A stretch of DNA of 57,431 nucleotides, filler included, from Ionaspis alba (GCA_964255285.1; 6 parts of 6 records of this genome joined end to end with filler, not necessarily neighbours in it), one strand, 5' to 3'. Shown: positions 33,969-47,858, counted from the first letter of the whole stretch. The notes: generated from the sequence alone by a model not told the origin. Numbers and translations are program-made.

Positions 33969-34358
33969 TGCTAAGTAGACATTTCCGAGTTGTTATTTTG
34001 TTGACAAGGAACGTCATAGGTAAGCAAGAGGACGCGGTAGTCTACTGTACCTTGCAGACACGCTAGATGAGGGTTGGCCATGGGTCTGTGCTATCGATTG
34101 CAAGCACCCCTCGGCACTCCACAGTCTAAATCGGACTGCCATAACACCAGAGATAATCAAGTGTCTGAACATTTTCTGGTCTGACAACTACAGCTATTGC
34201 ACGTCCCAATCTACCTAGTTCTAGGAAGTCCCCATGCAGCACCCAGGTCATCCTGCGTCCTGCTATCGGTTTGCTCATATGAAAGGACCGTGATCAAAGC
34301 TATTTCCTGCCCGCGGCAGGTTGATTGAGAATACGCCATCGAACACGCTGCGTGAAGG

Positions 34359-37300
34359 ATGGACCGAAACAGGAAGCGTATGCTATACTTCACCTTCAAT
34401 TGATCCTTCGAGACCTCAGCTAAACGAGGGTAGGGGAATTGCGCGATCTGAATATTCGAGCTTGGGCAGGCGAAACCGGTACTGTGCTTATTGCATTAAT
34501 GACATAACACGTATGGATTACTCACGGACTATAGAAGCCTTTACGACCCAGGGATCTCTTGACTCCTCGCTGAAGAAGAACACAGCCTTCATCAAGCGCT
34601 TGCGAACTGGTATTGTCGCAACATCTGTTCCGACCTTCCTTCAGGAAACCCGCACGCTCTCACTTCACAAATATTTGTCTGAGGTGATCTCCGCAAGCTA
34701 CGAAGGGTTATGTAAACTCAAGACTTCAGGTGAAATTGCGGCCGGGGTGGAAGTGGTGAGCGCGCTTCACCAGCGATTTGGTCCAGCAGAGTATACCTGT
34801 TATCTTGGATGGCTTCTGGGACGGGGTCTTAGCACACCAGACAAGTCGCAGCTGAAAAGTCTGGCACAAGACGTAAAGGAAAAGGAGGAAAAAGAGAGAC
34901 TGGCAAGACAGCGCGTTCTTTTGAAGGTGGTCACAGAGTTATGGCTTGTGGGAATATTGAGGAGCTTGGAAGACGTATCGAGGCCGGAAGATGCTACGGT
35001 GAGGGGAAAGGAGAATGCTGGATCTAATAGTACCAAGCTGGCTGAGATGGTGAATAAGGTGAAGCCTGGAAAAAGTAATACGAGCCCAGACGCCGAAGCT
35101 TTCCCTCTGGAGGTTCTCAAAGATCTACTTGGGCACGACAAGGATCACCTCAACGTTCCTCTGGTTGTGTTGTTCGTCAAGACTTTTGGATGGGATATTC
35201 TTGGCATCAAACCGACAACAGAAGGTGGACGTCAGACAGTTCAGGCCGATGGTGCCACCAGCACGACAATCGAAGGCGACGCGCAGAGCTCGGCGGACGA
35301 AAGTGCTGAGGCTGGTAACGCGTCGAGCGACCAGCCCATCACGTCACCGGAGCTCCAGCAGCGTTTCAAGAACATTCTTGATCGATATCTGGAAGACGTC
35401 AAAGCTCATGTCATCAGAGACCAGATGGCAATCACAGCGCAAGGAAGACGGAATGCCGAAGTTTATGTTAAGTCGGGTGAAGTGTTCGAGGATCGTCAGG
35501 CCAATTATGACAAACAACTCAAGGCACAGGAGAAGCTGGTTACTAGCACTCAGTTTCTTTGCGAAGTGTTGGGATCTGAGATGCCCGATCTCAAGGAGAA
35601 GGACCCCACGGATGTCACGAGCTCTGCCACCATTGGATTGATCAAGACCGGAGAATATCTACGTGGCCAAGGTGATGGGGCAGGTATTTGGGAAGACGAA
35701 GAAGAACGTCGATTCTACGAGAACCTCGTAGACCTCAAAGATCGGGTCCCGGGCATCCTCTTGGAAGATGTCAAAAAGAAGAAAGCAGACGCTGACGAGC
35801 AGGTTGGAAAGAGGATTGACAGCACTAGTTCAGCGACTGGGGCAAAGGATGTTCAAGAGAAGAACTCCTCGGCAGAAGTCCCAGAGGACCAATCTACTGC
35901 CATTGCCAATAAGACGGTTGGTGCTCAAGTCGATTCTCTCTTGGCTCGACTTCCAGAACTCCAGAACAAGGAAACTATTGATCAGGCAGCAATAGACTTT
36001 TGTTTTGTCAACTCCAAAGCCTCACGAAATCGACTTCTCAAAGCTGTTCAAGAAGTGCCAAAAGGACGATCTGACTTGCTTCCCATCTATTCAAGACTTG
36101 TTGCTACCCTAGGACGATACCTACCCGACATTTCCAACGGACTAGTTTCACATCTGGATGAAGAATTTCGGAGTCTTCAGCGCCGCAAGCAGAAGGACTT
36201 CTTGGGCCAAGTTCGGACTGGGAACATTCGTTACCTAGCGGAGCTTACCAAATTTGGAGTCGTTCCGGAACATGTCATCTTCCATTGTCTCAAGGTCAGT
36301 ATGGACGATTTCTCCCGCATGAATATTGAAATCATCGGCAATCTGCTGGAGAACTGTGGGCGGTATCTACTTCGCAATCCGGACACTTCTCCTCGAATGA
36401 AGTCTTTCCTGGAAACCCTGCAGCGAAAGAAGGCTGCGCAGCATCTTGGTCAGCAGGAACGCATGATCATCGAGAATGCGATGTACTATGTCAATCCACC
36501 AGAACGTGCAGCAATCCTACAGAAAGAGAGGACTCCGGTTGATCTCTTCCTGCGGAAGCTGATTTACCTGGATATGAACAAACGTACGTACTCAAAAGTC
36601 TTGAAATCGATTCGCAAATTGCATTGGGAGGAGCCTGAGGTGAGTATCTTCACCAATTCAGTCAAACTACCTTTGGCTTATTATTCCAGGTTGTCCAAAT
36701 ACTGGAGAAGATCTTCTCGAAGCCTGGGAAAGTCAAATACAGCAGCGTTCATCTGCTTGCCATTCTCATGTCTGCTCTGTATCGATATCATCAGGACTTC
36801 GTTATCTCCATAATTGACACATTACTGGAACAAATCACTCTCGGTCTTGAGCAAAACGACTTCAAGTTCAACCAGAGACGCATTGCAGAGGTCAGATATC
36901 TTGGTGAGCTTTACAACTACAAGATGGTCGACTCGCCAGTCATATTCGATACGTTGTATCGCATTTTGACTTTTGGCCATGGTGAGTATGCCGTCTCAAA
37001 CCGAGATCAAAAGTTGCTAATATCATCACTTAGCGAACGGCACACCAACACCAGATAAAATCAATCCACTCGACATGCCTGACGATTTCTTCCGCATGCG
37101 TCTCGTCTGCAGCATACTCGACACGTGCGGTGTCTGCTTCGAGCGTGGTGCAGCAAGAAAGAAGCTGGACTTCTTCTTGACTTTCTTCCAGGCACGTTTC
37201 TATGTTCATGACTCTATGGCCCTGCTGACATTGGTCGTAGTACTACATACATACCAAGGAGCCATTACCTATGGACATCGATTTCATGATTCAAGACACC

Positions 37301-38280
37301 TTTGCTCTGACTCGACCCCAGTGGAAACTTGCTACTAATTTTGATGAAGCTGGACGTGCTTTTGCAGATGCAGTTGCACAAAATTACAAGACCCAAGAAC
37401 CTGAGAAGGCTCCCGAGCCTGAAGATGCTGATGACGGTAGTTCTTCTGACGGAGGAGATGAAGATGAGTTTCAAGTTCCAGAAATGGACGAGGTTCATTC
37501 TTCGAGCGAAGAAGCTGAGACAGAGGTTCCTACGACTTCTCTATCAGCTAGATACGCGGCTGATATATGCTCTAGAACTTACCTAACGGAGACAGCAAAC
37601 ATGATTCTGACTTTGAAGAGCATATCGTCGTTACACGCCAGGAAGAAGAACGTGATCCCGAAGCTGAAGCAGATTTCGACAGGGAGCTTGCGAAAATGAT
37701 GTCTGAAAGCATAGATTCCCGCAAGTTCGACCGCAAACCACTGTTCGATGTGCCATTGCCCATGCGACGAGCAAATCGTGATACCAGTCACGCAGGAGAC
37801 GACAGTCCAACTGAAGGAACAACGACGCCACCAGCAACCATGGCCTTTTCACTGATGACCAAGAAAGGGAATCGTCAACAGGTTTGATCCATCAAAGCCT
37901 AAGGACCACCACAACAACCTCTCCTTGCTAATCATTTCCCAGACACGCACAATCGACCTCCCCTCCGACTCGCACTTCGCTATAGCAATGAAAACGCAAA
38001 AAGAAGCCGAACGCGCCGAACAACAGCGCATCAAATCTTTAGTCCTGAATTACGATCTGCAAGACTCCGCAGATCACCACGACGGTACAGCCAAGACATC
38101 TTCTTACTTCTCCCGCTCGAACCCCAATCTCCCCTCGAGCTATTTCCTTCCCCCCAATCCCAACATCACAACAGCAGTCGCTCACAATCCTGTTTCTAAA
38201 GGTCTCGGTGGTGCGGGCGCGGGAGATAGGCACCATGGTGCTTCGTCTTCGTCGTCGTCGGCTGCGCACCATCATCATCA
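34359..38280 (+). CDS. UPF2: Nonsense-mediated mRNA decay factor Upf2 (MIF4G domains), multi-exon, 3' end at or cut by the contig edge
   Basis: Spliced start MDRNRKRELRDLNIRAWAGETEAF...SLDSSLKKNTAFIKRLR; GIWEDEEERRFYENL, NIRYLAELTKFGVVP, LENCGRYLLR, RYLGELYNYKMVDS, FSLMTKKGNRQQ. Confidence 0.95.
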
Positions 38281-38380
38281 NNNNNNNNNNNNNNNNNNNN
38301 NNNNNNNNNNNNNNNNNNNNNNNNTTAATTAATTAANNNNNNNNNNNNNNNNNNNNNNNNNNNNNNNNNNNNNNNNNNNN
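38281..38380. other. Artificial contig linker
   Basis: 44N-TTAATTAATTAA-44N. Confidence 0.97.
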
Positions 38381-40402
38381 CCATTGGACCCGCCACTTGC
38401 CAATCCCCCATCTATTACTGTCTGCTAATGCAGCCAACCACGCTCTGCATCCGGTCCTGCGTCTCTTCACATTAAAATAAACTCCCAACCGTTGTCTGCC
38501 ACCGAAGAATGTCTAAATGTCTGCCACTTGCGTCCATCATTTGTTGCCGTCGATCCAATCATCAAGTGCCAGGAAGCCAAGATAGCCCCAAGATAGTCCC
38601 AAGAAACGTGCAACACTGTAACTGCTGCTGCTGGCTGTGCTGTTCTCTTCGACGGATGTGCTTCGGCCGCTATCGTGGCCTGGTCCAAGAGGATGGAATG
38701 GAATGTGATGGTGATGGTGATGAGCCGTCAAACCTATCTGCTGCATTATTGGTGTCTCCACGCACGGCAAGACCACACTCGTGATACTGGATACTACTGA
38801 CTCCACGAATCCTCTTCTCCTCGATGGGTCATCAATCTGTCCGAAAGGAATCTGATAATCGGAAATCCTCTTCTATCATTGGATGGTGTGCATCATGCAA
38901 AGCTGACTGACTTTTCTCCTTCTCCTGCGGCTGGTGTTACTCTCCCCAAACACTTTGCGCCTCCTTGCTCTTCCCCCTCCCGCCCCAGTATGGCGGCGCT
39001 TCCACGATTCTCCAACGTCCAGAAAGTGCTCCCTCCATCTCTGCGCTACCGTACTAACTGGATGCTGCACTACCACTACTGCTCCCCTTGCAAAACCCGT
39101 CACATTGGTTTCCTCTCTTAGTGTTCCCTAAGCCTCGTGCTGGTGGTCCGAGCCGGGCAGCACTTCATGCATGCTTGATAGTGTACCTACCTCCTGCGCA
39201 TTTTCACTCTTTTGCAAAGTCGTCCAACTATATACGAAAAAAGCACCTGTACAAACAGCACATATCCCTCTGACCTGTCGAGTCGTTCTCCCAAGCATAG
39301 TGGCTTCCTGCTCATCATTTTCCAGCAACTGCTTAATGGACCTACAATAACAAATCCTGCCGGCGTTTGACGTCCTGCGATTCATTCACCGCATAAACTC
39401 CGTTCCGCCCCCTCCAAAACCCAGCGTCAACGCCCGACAGAAAAAATATATACAAAGTCGCATTCCGTAATATTGGAGGATCTACCATTCAGATCGTGGC
39501 GCATTAGATCTGACAGCATCATTCTCGAATCTCGGATTGGAAACGTCCCAGATCTTAAAAAGGGAAGCATCCGTTCCGAAAAAAAATATCATCGAGGGTT
39601 GTTGCATGAATGTCCGAGGGTCTCAGCTTTGTTTGAGGCAGGACTCGGTCTCACCCACGACGACACTTCATGGCATAAGGCATTGACCGACTTCTTCGAC
39701 ATCAACTCCTTCGACTATCGTTCCATCTCGATCTCTCACCGTCGCTTCCTCCTTCAAATCTTACTTCACGATATACATACGTCAAACCCTCAACGCAGCA
39801 TAAACCCCCCAGGGTTGTACCCTTCCCATCAACCACGACGAACCCTCGCGGCGATCCGAGCACTATACCAAACCGGCCTCTCCATCGCATTGACCGGCCA
39901 CAGCACCATCGCCCATCCTCTTTCATTTGTCATCTGATAAGACTTCGACTGCATTGACCAGTGAAGGTGGTCAGCCGAAACCAGCCATTGTCGAAGCTTG
40001 AATCATCCCATCTCCCGCTCTACCTTCTCACCACTCCTTGGCTGCATTCAAGACCGGCCTCACTTCCTCATCATTGTTCCTTTTTCCTCCTCCTCCCCTC
40101 AGGCGCTCCAACGAACATTGCTTTCGTCTGGTCCTCCCCTCAAGCAATCTTCAAACTAGAGCCACGTTATCACGTTCCTTTTTGTTCTTCGTTACGTTTC
40201 TTTCTTTTGGGACATCCTTCCAACAGTGTTGGGGCGTGTACACATTACATACATACAGACCGACATCTATACATAACAGGGCCGGATCCTACCGCTCACT
40301 CGCTCTCTCTCTTCCTCTCTCTTCCTTCGGACTCTTCATAGTCCAACCGGGATTTATACGTTCCTTAATCAGGCATATCTTTTTTTCGACAAGCGAATAG
40401 AT

Positions 40403-42196
40403 ATGGGTCAGCAATCCTTTTTTAGGAGGGAGTTCACGCCCATAAGGCTATTGTTTTATTTCCTTTTCCATGGCTTTCATATTGGTAGTTTTGCGGCAGG
40501 ATGGTAAGTCTGGACGCTCACTGGATCGACGAGATCAATTCATTCTTGCCAAGAATACTGACAGGTCAATCTAGGTACTTCCAAGAGACGAACATCAAGC
40601 TTGCCGGTCTCAATACTTTGACCTTCTCAGTCTGGTTGTCCAGAGGAGCAGGATTGAACTTGAGCTTCGATGCAACGCTCATCCTCCTTCCCATGTGCAG
40701 AACCCTCTTGCGATATATACGTCCAAAGATCAAGTTCATCCCACTCGATGAGTCTCAGTGGTTCCATCGACAAGTCGCCTACTCGATGCTCATCTGGACA
40801 ATCGTTCACGTCTCTGCTCACTACGTCAAGTAAGCAAGCTTCTGCATCTCTCCCAGCCGCCCCCAAGATCCCAAACATACTAACCACTCCAACCAGCTTC
40901 TTCAACGTTGAGAAAGCCCAACTTCGCCCAGTCACCGCCGTCGAGATCCACTACGCTCAAGCGGGTGGCATAACAGGCCATGTAATGCTCCTCTGCATGC
41001 TCCTCATGTACACAACCGCACACGCCCGAATCCGCCAACAATCCTTCGAAACCTTCTGGTACACGCACCACCTCTTCATCCCCTTCTTCCTCGCCCTCTA
41101 CACCCACGCCACCGGCTGCTTCGTCCGCGACTCCAAAATCCCCTACTCCCCCTTCGGTGGCGACATGTTCTGGACACACTGCATCGGATACCAAGGCTGG
41201 CGCTGGGAACTCTGGTCCGGAGGGATCTACCTCATGGAGCGAATCTACCGAGAAATCCGAGCCCGACGAAGCACCGAGATCCTCAAAGTCATCCGCCATC
41301 CCTACGACGCTGTGGAGATCCAATTCTCCAAACCAAGCATGAAATACAAAGCGGGGCAATGGCTCTTCATCAACATCCCCTCGGTCTCCACCCACCAATG
41401 GCACCCCTTCACCATCACCTCCTGCCCCTTCGACCCCTACATCAGCATCCACATGCGCCAAGTCGGGGACTGGACCCGGGCAACCGGTGACGCGCTCGGC
41501 GCCGGCCCCGCCCAGGCCAAAGAATACGACGCCCTGGATCCGCACGGGATGTACGAAATCGCGCTGCAGGCGGGCCAATCCATGCCGGCGATCCGCATCG
41601 ACGGGCCGTACGGCGCGCCGGCCGAAGACGTCTTCGACAACGAGATCGCCGTCCTCATCGGCACGGGCATCGGCGTCACGCCCTGGGCCAGCATCCTGAA
41701 GAACATCTGGCATCTGCGCGCGAGCCCGAATCCGCCGAAGCGCCTCCGCCGCGTGGAGTTCATCTGGGTCGCGAGGGATACGTCCAGTTTCGAGTGGTTC
41801 CAGACCCTGCTGTCGAGTCTCGAGGCGCAGTCGGCCGAAGCGGCCAATCGCGTCCATGGCCCCGAGTTTTTGCGCATCCATACCTATTTGACCCAGCGCA
41901 TGGATGAGGATACCCGGGCGAATATTTATTTGAATAGTGTGGGCGCTGCGGTGGATCCGCTGACCGAGTTGAAGAGTCGCACTAATTTCGGGAGACCGGA
42001 TTTTAGGAAGTTGTTTGGGGCTATGAGGGATGGGATTTTGGATGGCAGTTATATGGGCGGGTTGGAGGGCAGTGCGGCGACTAATGTGGGGGTTTATTTT
42101 TGTGGACCGAATACTGCTGCCCGGCAGATTAGGAAGGCGACGAAGGAGTGTAGTTCGAGGGATGTGAAGTTTGGGTTTTGGAAGGAGCATTTTTGA
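40403..42196 (+). CDS. noxA: NADPH oxidase A (Nox1, gp91phox homolog), 3 exons
   Basis: SVWLSRGAGL, WFHRQVAY..HVSAHY, FETFWYTHHLF, FAD motif QWHPFTITS, IDGPYGAP, GTGIGVTPWAS, GVYFCGP, C-terminal FWKEHF*; short N-terminus typical of NoxA. Confidence 0.96.
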
Positions 42197-42324
42197 GAGG
42201 GGAGGTGGAGAANNNNNNNNNNNNNNNNNNNNNNNNNNNNNNNNNNNNNNNNNNNNNNNNNNNNNNNNNNNNNNNNNNNNNNNNNNNNNNNNNNNNNNNN
42301 NNNNNNNNNNNNAAACATATCCCA

Positions 42325-43670
42325 TCATTTCCCCAGCTCCCCCAACATCAGATTCTTATCCGTCGACCCGGACAAAACTAACCACGCATCAGCTCCACAC
42401 CGTCAAAACCCAATCACAGAGGAAAATCAACTTACTAATCTGCTCCTCGCTCGGCGAAAACCTCACATCATTGACCGTGCCCTTATGCCCCGGCAACTTA
42501 TACAACAACCTCCCCGTCCGAACCTCCCAGACAACCACACTGCGATCACCACTCCCCGCCGCAATCCTCTTCCCCATCCCATCCCACGCAGCTCTAATCA
42601 AATTCCTCTCCACCCCCGCCGGCGCCCCATCGAACGTGCCCACCAATCTCTCCTGCGGCGCAAAAGGCCTCACATCCCACGTCCTGACACTCCCATCCTG
42701 GGAATTCGACAGCAAGCTCTGCGCATCCGGCGACACCTGCAACGACGTCACAGTATCCGTATGTCCGAGCATACTATACGCCACGGCCTTTTTGCGCACA
42801 TCCCAGACCTTGATATCGTTATCGATTCCGCCGGAGTAAATCTCATTCCCCGCCTCGGCGAGGGCGATCGCCGTGATGGGGAACTCGGTTTCGATAGAAT
42901 CGGCCGCGTGCTTGAGTCGCGGGTCCCAGATGCCAATACTGCCGTCATCGCTGCCGCTGACGAGGAGGTCGGATCCGCGCGCGCTGAGAGCGAGGCTATT
43001 GATGACTTCGGTGTGGCCGACGTGGCGGCGGATGCGGAGCCCGGTTTCGAGATCCCAGGATGCGAGGGTGGTGTCGGCGGAGGCGGAGAAGATGATGCGT
43101 GAGTCCCGCGACCAGTGCAGGTCGAGGATGGCGCCTTTGTGGCCGTTGAGGACGCCGTAGTTTTCGCAGGCGCCGTAGGTGCGCCAGAGCACTGTTGGGG
43201 GGAGAGTGTGTGTGAGCGGTGGTTTTGGAGAGGGGGTAATTGGAAGTGCTCGTACTTATTGATCGGTCCATTGAGCCGCTGGCTATTAGGTGTCCTGTGG
43301 GATCGAATCTCGTGGCGAAGACCTCTCCCGTGTGTCCTGAAACCTGTCAGCAAGCTTTTCTTTGACCTCTGGCGACTGCGTAAAGCATACCTGTGAGTTC
43401 CATGACTGGTGCCTGCAGCCCACTCGTTCGTGGCACCTAGTCCTCCCCCCTCTTCATCAGCCCGCTTCTCTTCCTTGACTTTCAGTCCAACGTTCCTAGC
43501 TATATGTAGCTCGGGAGGTAGAGACTTACAGCTTGGATAAGAGCACCATTGGCAGAGTTGCCATTTACAACACTAACGCCATTGCCCAGGTTGGCGTCGG
43601 ACTTCTGCCTCTTGACGACCATTTGGGTGGATCCAAAGGCATTGGAGGCGGGGCGCTTTTCGGCGGACAT
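42325..43670 (-). CDS. spf38: U5 snRNP 40-kDa WD40 protein (SNRNP40/Spf38), multi-exon
   Basis: MSAEKRPASNAFGSTQMVVKRQK, PRTSGLQAPVMELT, LWRTYGACENYGVLNGHKGAILDLHWS, WDVRPFAP, LLYKLPGHKGTVNDVRF, last exon LSGSTDKNLMLGELGK*. Confidence 0.92.
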
Positions 43671-44199
43671 GGTGGTAAGGGGGATAAGGAGAGGTGGAGA
43701 TTCTGGATGTAGGGAGAGAGGTTGTTGCTTGTGGTTTTCAAAATGGAGATCGAGAGAGAGAGACAGGGAGTGCGTAGTGTAGATTGTATATCAAAGAATT
43801 GGGCATATGAAGACCTCCGGAGCCTGCTGAATTTCTATGCGAAAGTCCCAAGAAGTCGGAAATATACCCCGGCCTCACCCCTCTTCGGGAATAAGGTGAG
43901 CGCCGCTTTAGGGTCGTGCTAAATAGGTGCCGGTCGCGCGACGCGAGCGATTTTTAGATATTCTCTGATAATCCAGGGGTGATCCGTAATGAATTCGGGA
44001 TAATTATACGTTATGATTGGAGCACGGACTAGAACCAGCCTCCCACCATCGAAAATCCTGACCTTAGTTACCGTATCTTAAATCCATTGTCAGACCGTCC
44101 ACGTCGCGCTCTTTTTCTAAAATATTTTTTCGCCGCTATATATTGCACCGCGCTTTTTCGTTTCGGTCTCGGGTTCTGCTACCGCTTCGTTAAGCTCTC

Positions 44200-44660
44200 G
44201 AAACAGATATTCTTTCACTGTTATATTAAAATAATGTTTTAAAATAAACAAAACGTGAATACAGCAGCGGCAGTATCACGATATTCGTCTATATGTATGC
44301 TAGTGTGGTGGATTGAGCAGGAATTCAGGACTCGGTTATTATGCATATATTCGGATTTCAGATAATAAACNNNNNNNNNNNNNNNNNNNNNNNNNNNNNN
44401 NNNNNNNNNNNNNNNNNNNNNNNNNNNNNNNNNNNNNNNNNNNNNNNNNNNNNNNNNNNNNNNNNNNNNNATAAACGGTTATTATCTAAGAATATATTCG
44501 TTAAACAACAAGCAAATAAATAATATTATTTTTATCGTCGTATCTCGTTCGATTTATCGTGACCTTTTAGTTTTATCCAAGTTAGATAGATATTATCTTG
44601 AATATTTATTATTCTATATCTATAGCGGTCGAGTTTTATAGCTATATACCAGGCGAACCT
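44200..44660. repeat. AT-rich, RIP-like degenerate repeat remnant spanning a 100-N scaffold gap
   Basis: By eye: abrupt AT enrichment, many TpA, few TpG/CpA, CpG retained. No ORF; assembly gap at 44371-44470. Confidence 0.45.
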
Positions 44661-44831
44661 TATCCCACCCCTCGACACTAGCAAAGGCTTGGACTCAGCA
44701 CCCTTTATTCAGTCTGTTTCCTACCCGTGCGCTGAACGCGCTTCAAGTGAACCTAGCCATAGATGAGAGACTCTGCGATGAATCTAGTTAAGCCAAGAAA
44801 TCTTTATCAAGAAGTCCTGGTTTTACAGTGC

Positions 44832-46745
44832 TCAAGACTGATTGGTTTGATTTGGAACATAATAACTCGTGAGACATATGATAAGGAATAACCCCAGTAG
44901 GAGGATACCGAAGAAACTTGAGGACGTCAGCTGACAATTCTCTGCCCCGAAACCGTGGATCTCACGTACTAATTTGATTTTCCTACTGCGATCATCGAAT
45001 TGATGTACAAGACGGAGGCGAATAGCGCGGCGACTTCGAATCCGTCAAAACTCAGCGACAGGGGCTTACCTATAATCCAACCCAAGATGACGACAAAGGG
45101 AATCACCAGAAGAGTGGTCTGCAAGCACTTCCCCACTGTCAAATTGACGCACAGGTCCATTTTATCCTTCACGGCAGACTTGATCACAGTGACATCGTTG
45201 CTTAGAAGAGGTAGCAGCACGATTCCTACAAACGTCTGGGTGAGGCCTGTGGCATCCATCATCCCGCTCAGGCTGTCTGTTGCGAATGAAGTATTGAAGG
45301 CCAAGAGCGTGGTGCAGACAAGAAGCACCACAATGACAGTGACCATTGGTAGACTGGGTTGTTCAGGCTCATCATCGTCAATGTCTGATAGCACGGGTTC
45401 TACAGGCGCCCCAGAAAGCCCTGCCATTCCACCCATTTGCGCCAAGCCTTTCATCGCTTCACCTTTCTTCGGAGCAAGATTTCGCTTCGATACTTTGCGA
45501 CTCGGCTCGTTGAACACGACGGCATGGGAGACGAGCTGGAAGTATAAAAAGATGCCGTACACAAAGAGTAGGATAATAGAGATTCCCCGCGAGATCTGTA
45601 GGATTGACACTTCGTTGACGGTAGTCAATAGCTTTGCGACTGTCGGAATGATCAAGCTTGTCATGGAAAGAAGAAGCATGGTTCCAAAGACCTGTCCCAG
45701 CGTCGTATTATAATATTGTTCCATTCTATTGATCCCACCGAAAAGAAAGGTGAGACCTAACATCAAGTGCATGTTGGAGAGAATTGTACCAATGAGTGAT
45801 GTCTGCAGTACCGCTAGTTGGCCGCTTTTGAGGAGCAATATCGAAGTGATGAGTTGGACGGCATTGCTAAATCAGTCAGAACTGAAGCATACCAAACTCT
45901 AGAAGGGAGCCACGGACCTGAATGTTGTGTTTATCAAAGCACCAATGATGTCCCCCGTCCTTAAAATCAATTCGTCCGCAGCATAGCTAAGGAGTACGGC
46001 AAGAGGTACAATGGCAATGAAATTGACAGCAAACACCGTCACGACGTTCTGGTTGGTATACCTGACAGCAAAACCGGCTAAGCAAAAATCAGCTACCTAT
46101 TTCGGCGTCTCGAATTCTCAAAGTCTGGCTACCAGGCACAAAAGCAAGAAGAATATTGAACCAGCTGCCGAAAAATATGACTCTAAGCTGAAACAATACC
46201 GTAAATTTCCGTCTCGGTTTCTTCTTACTCTTCTTGCTACTGTCATCTTCATGGTCATGATCGAATTCGTCAGACTTGAACGTGATTTTATCTTTATCGT
46301 GGAGTTTGTGATGGCGCTCCTTCGACTCCATAGTCATTTCCTCGGATGCCCCAATACCTGCATCGCCAAACTCCTCTTCAGTCTTACTTGTGTGATCCAA
46401 CAGTTCCGGCGCCGACGATACCCTGTGGATAGCGTCGGAGATTCTTTCAGTAGAAACAACAGGCATTGTGCTCGAGCGTCGAGCATTGTCCGGCTCAACA
46501 GAAGTCGAGGTACCCTGCTCCAAATCGCCATGACTGCCTACCTGAAAACCCTCTTCTGTATCCGGTCTTCCTTTTCGAGCATCATGCAATCGAGTCTTTG
46601 CAAAGGGGTTGAAGCGTGTCGAGTTGTCAGTGTACTCCGCTTGACGGTGCGCTGAGCTTCTGATTTTATCTTGCGCGGAGGAGAAAAAGCGTCAGCAGTG
46701 TGATTGCAAAGAAAGCTTTAGCCAGCAAAGCCGCGACTTACGCAT
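44832..46745 (-). CDS. Ca2+/H+ exchanger family (CaCA/CAX, Vcx1-like) with degenerate alpha repeats, multi-exon
   Basis: SWFNILLAFVP, NFIAIVPLA, GALINTTFSNAVQ, LQTSLIGTILSNMHL, ISRGISIILLFVY...FQLVSH, TFVGIVLLPLL, KDKMDL, GKCLQTTLLVIPFVVILGW. Confidence 0.88.
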
Positions 46746-47505
46746 TTGACCCACCACACCGTGGATCTTTGGAGGACTAAATTCTCAGGGACGAAGACCG
46801 GATAAAGCTACGCACTGCTGGGAACGGAGCGTTGGTAGAGGCCTATGAGCGGGTGACCAAAACGTGGAAGAAGAGCGCTAATGTAGCCACCCTCCGTAGT
46901 ATTTTTGGGAAGTATATTCAAATATACATGTGAGGCAAGCATATATACTATGATTCAATTCTAGGTATTTCATCGATCATCCTTTTTAATCGAGTCGTCT
47001 TCATCCCGGGGCGTTTTCTGTAGCCGTGTGTTCAGCTGGCTTACTAAGCGAGCCAAGGTTTAACAGCATCATTCCAGGGTTGGAGTAAAGGCCTAGTCCT
47101 ATCGTTGTTAATTTGCTCTTCCAGCCTCTGTACTACTGAGGTATAAAGTACAACATATCGATTAGGGCTACGTTGATATTCTTATTTTTGATATGTACAG
47201 GCCAGAGGCATTGACTGTGTAGAAAAGAACTCTTTAGATTAATAGGGTAGTAAATTATAGATTACCCTTTTCCTATATGAAATCCTGCTATGCAACCGGG
47301 ATATCTATGCAATGAGCGAAAGAATGAAACCACCTGGCCAGGTCGACGATATCAACACACGTTTCTTTCCCTCGACCCAAAAGCCCACTCCCAAACGCCC
47401 ATGTATCGACAAAGGAACGTTCAGCCACAGGCATGACACATCCCAGCATCCTACAATCCCATCATACAACGCAATCATCAAAACCCTCTCCCGAAACCCC
47501 ACCCC

Positions 47506-47858
47506 CTACCTCGACGGCGACGAAATATACATATCCACCTCCGGATTAATCCTCCCCATACCCCAACTCTCCACACTAGCCAACCTCTTAACACTCCACC
47601 CCATGCGAAAGCCCTCCCACTTCTTCTGCACCTTCTCATTCTCATTCTTATCGCCATAAACACTCGGGCTACACGCGCGACTGCCATTCATGCTATGATG
47701 ATCCATAACGTTAGCGGCGCCACTATCACTGGACGCCGGACTCCAACGACTGCTCTCAGCGCCGCTGGACGGGGAATCGGGATCCGAGAGGTCGTGATCG
47801 GAGAGACGGTGGTGGGGGGAGTTTTTGTTGACGAGGAGGTCGTGGAAGGGTTTGCGGG
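47506..47858 (-). CDS. 3' fragment of a hypothetical protein cut by the contig edge
   Basis: Frame open from the contig edge (RKPFHDLLVNKNSPHHRLSD...) to the stop at 47506; S-rich tail. Confidence 0.4.

Noticed and set aside
34321..34540. Long N-terminal extension of Upf2 in the ORF track
   Set aside because: It is read-through of two short introns; the spliced start at 34359 gives the conserved MDRNRKRELR N-terminus.
38381..40400. Many short ORFs in the 2-kb region upstream of noxA
   Set aside because: No coherent exon structure or motifs; the pyrimidine-rich sequence fits a long promoter or 5' UTR.
40880..42328. 482-aa antisense ORF over noxA, and similar antisense ORFs at 3500-4276, 42485-43102 and 45000-45713
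   Set aside because: These are shadow frames caused by codon bias in the real genes and carry no independent motifs.
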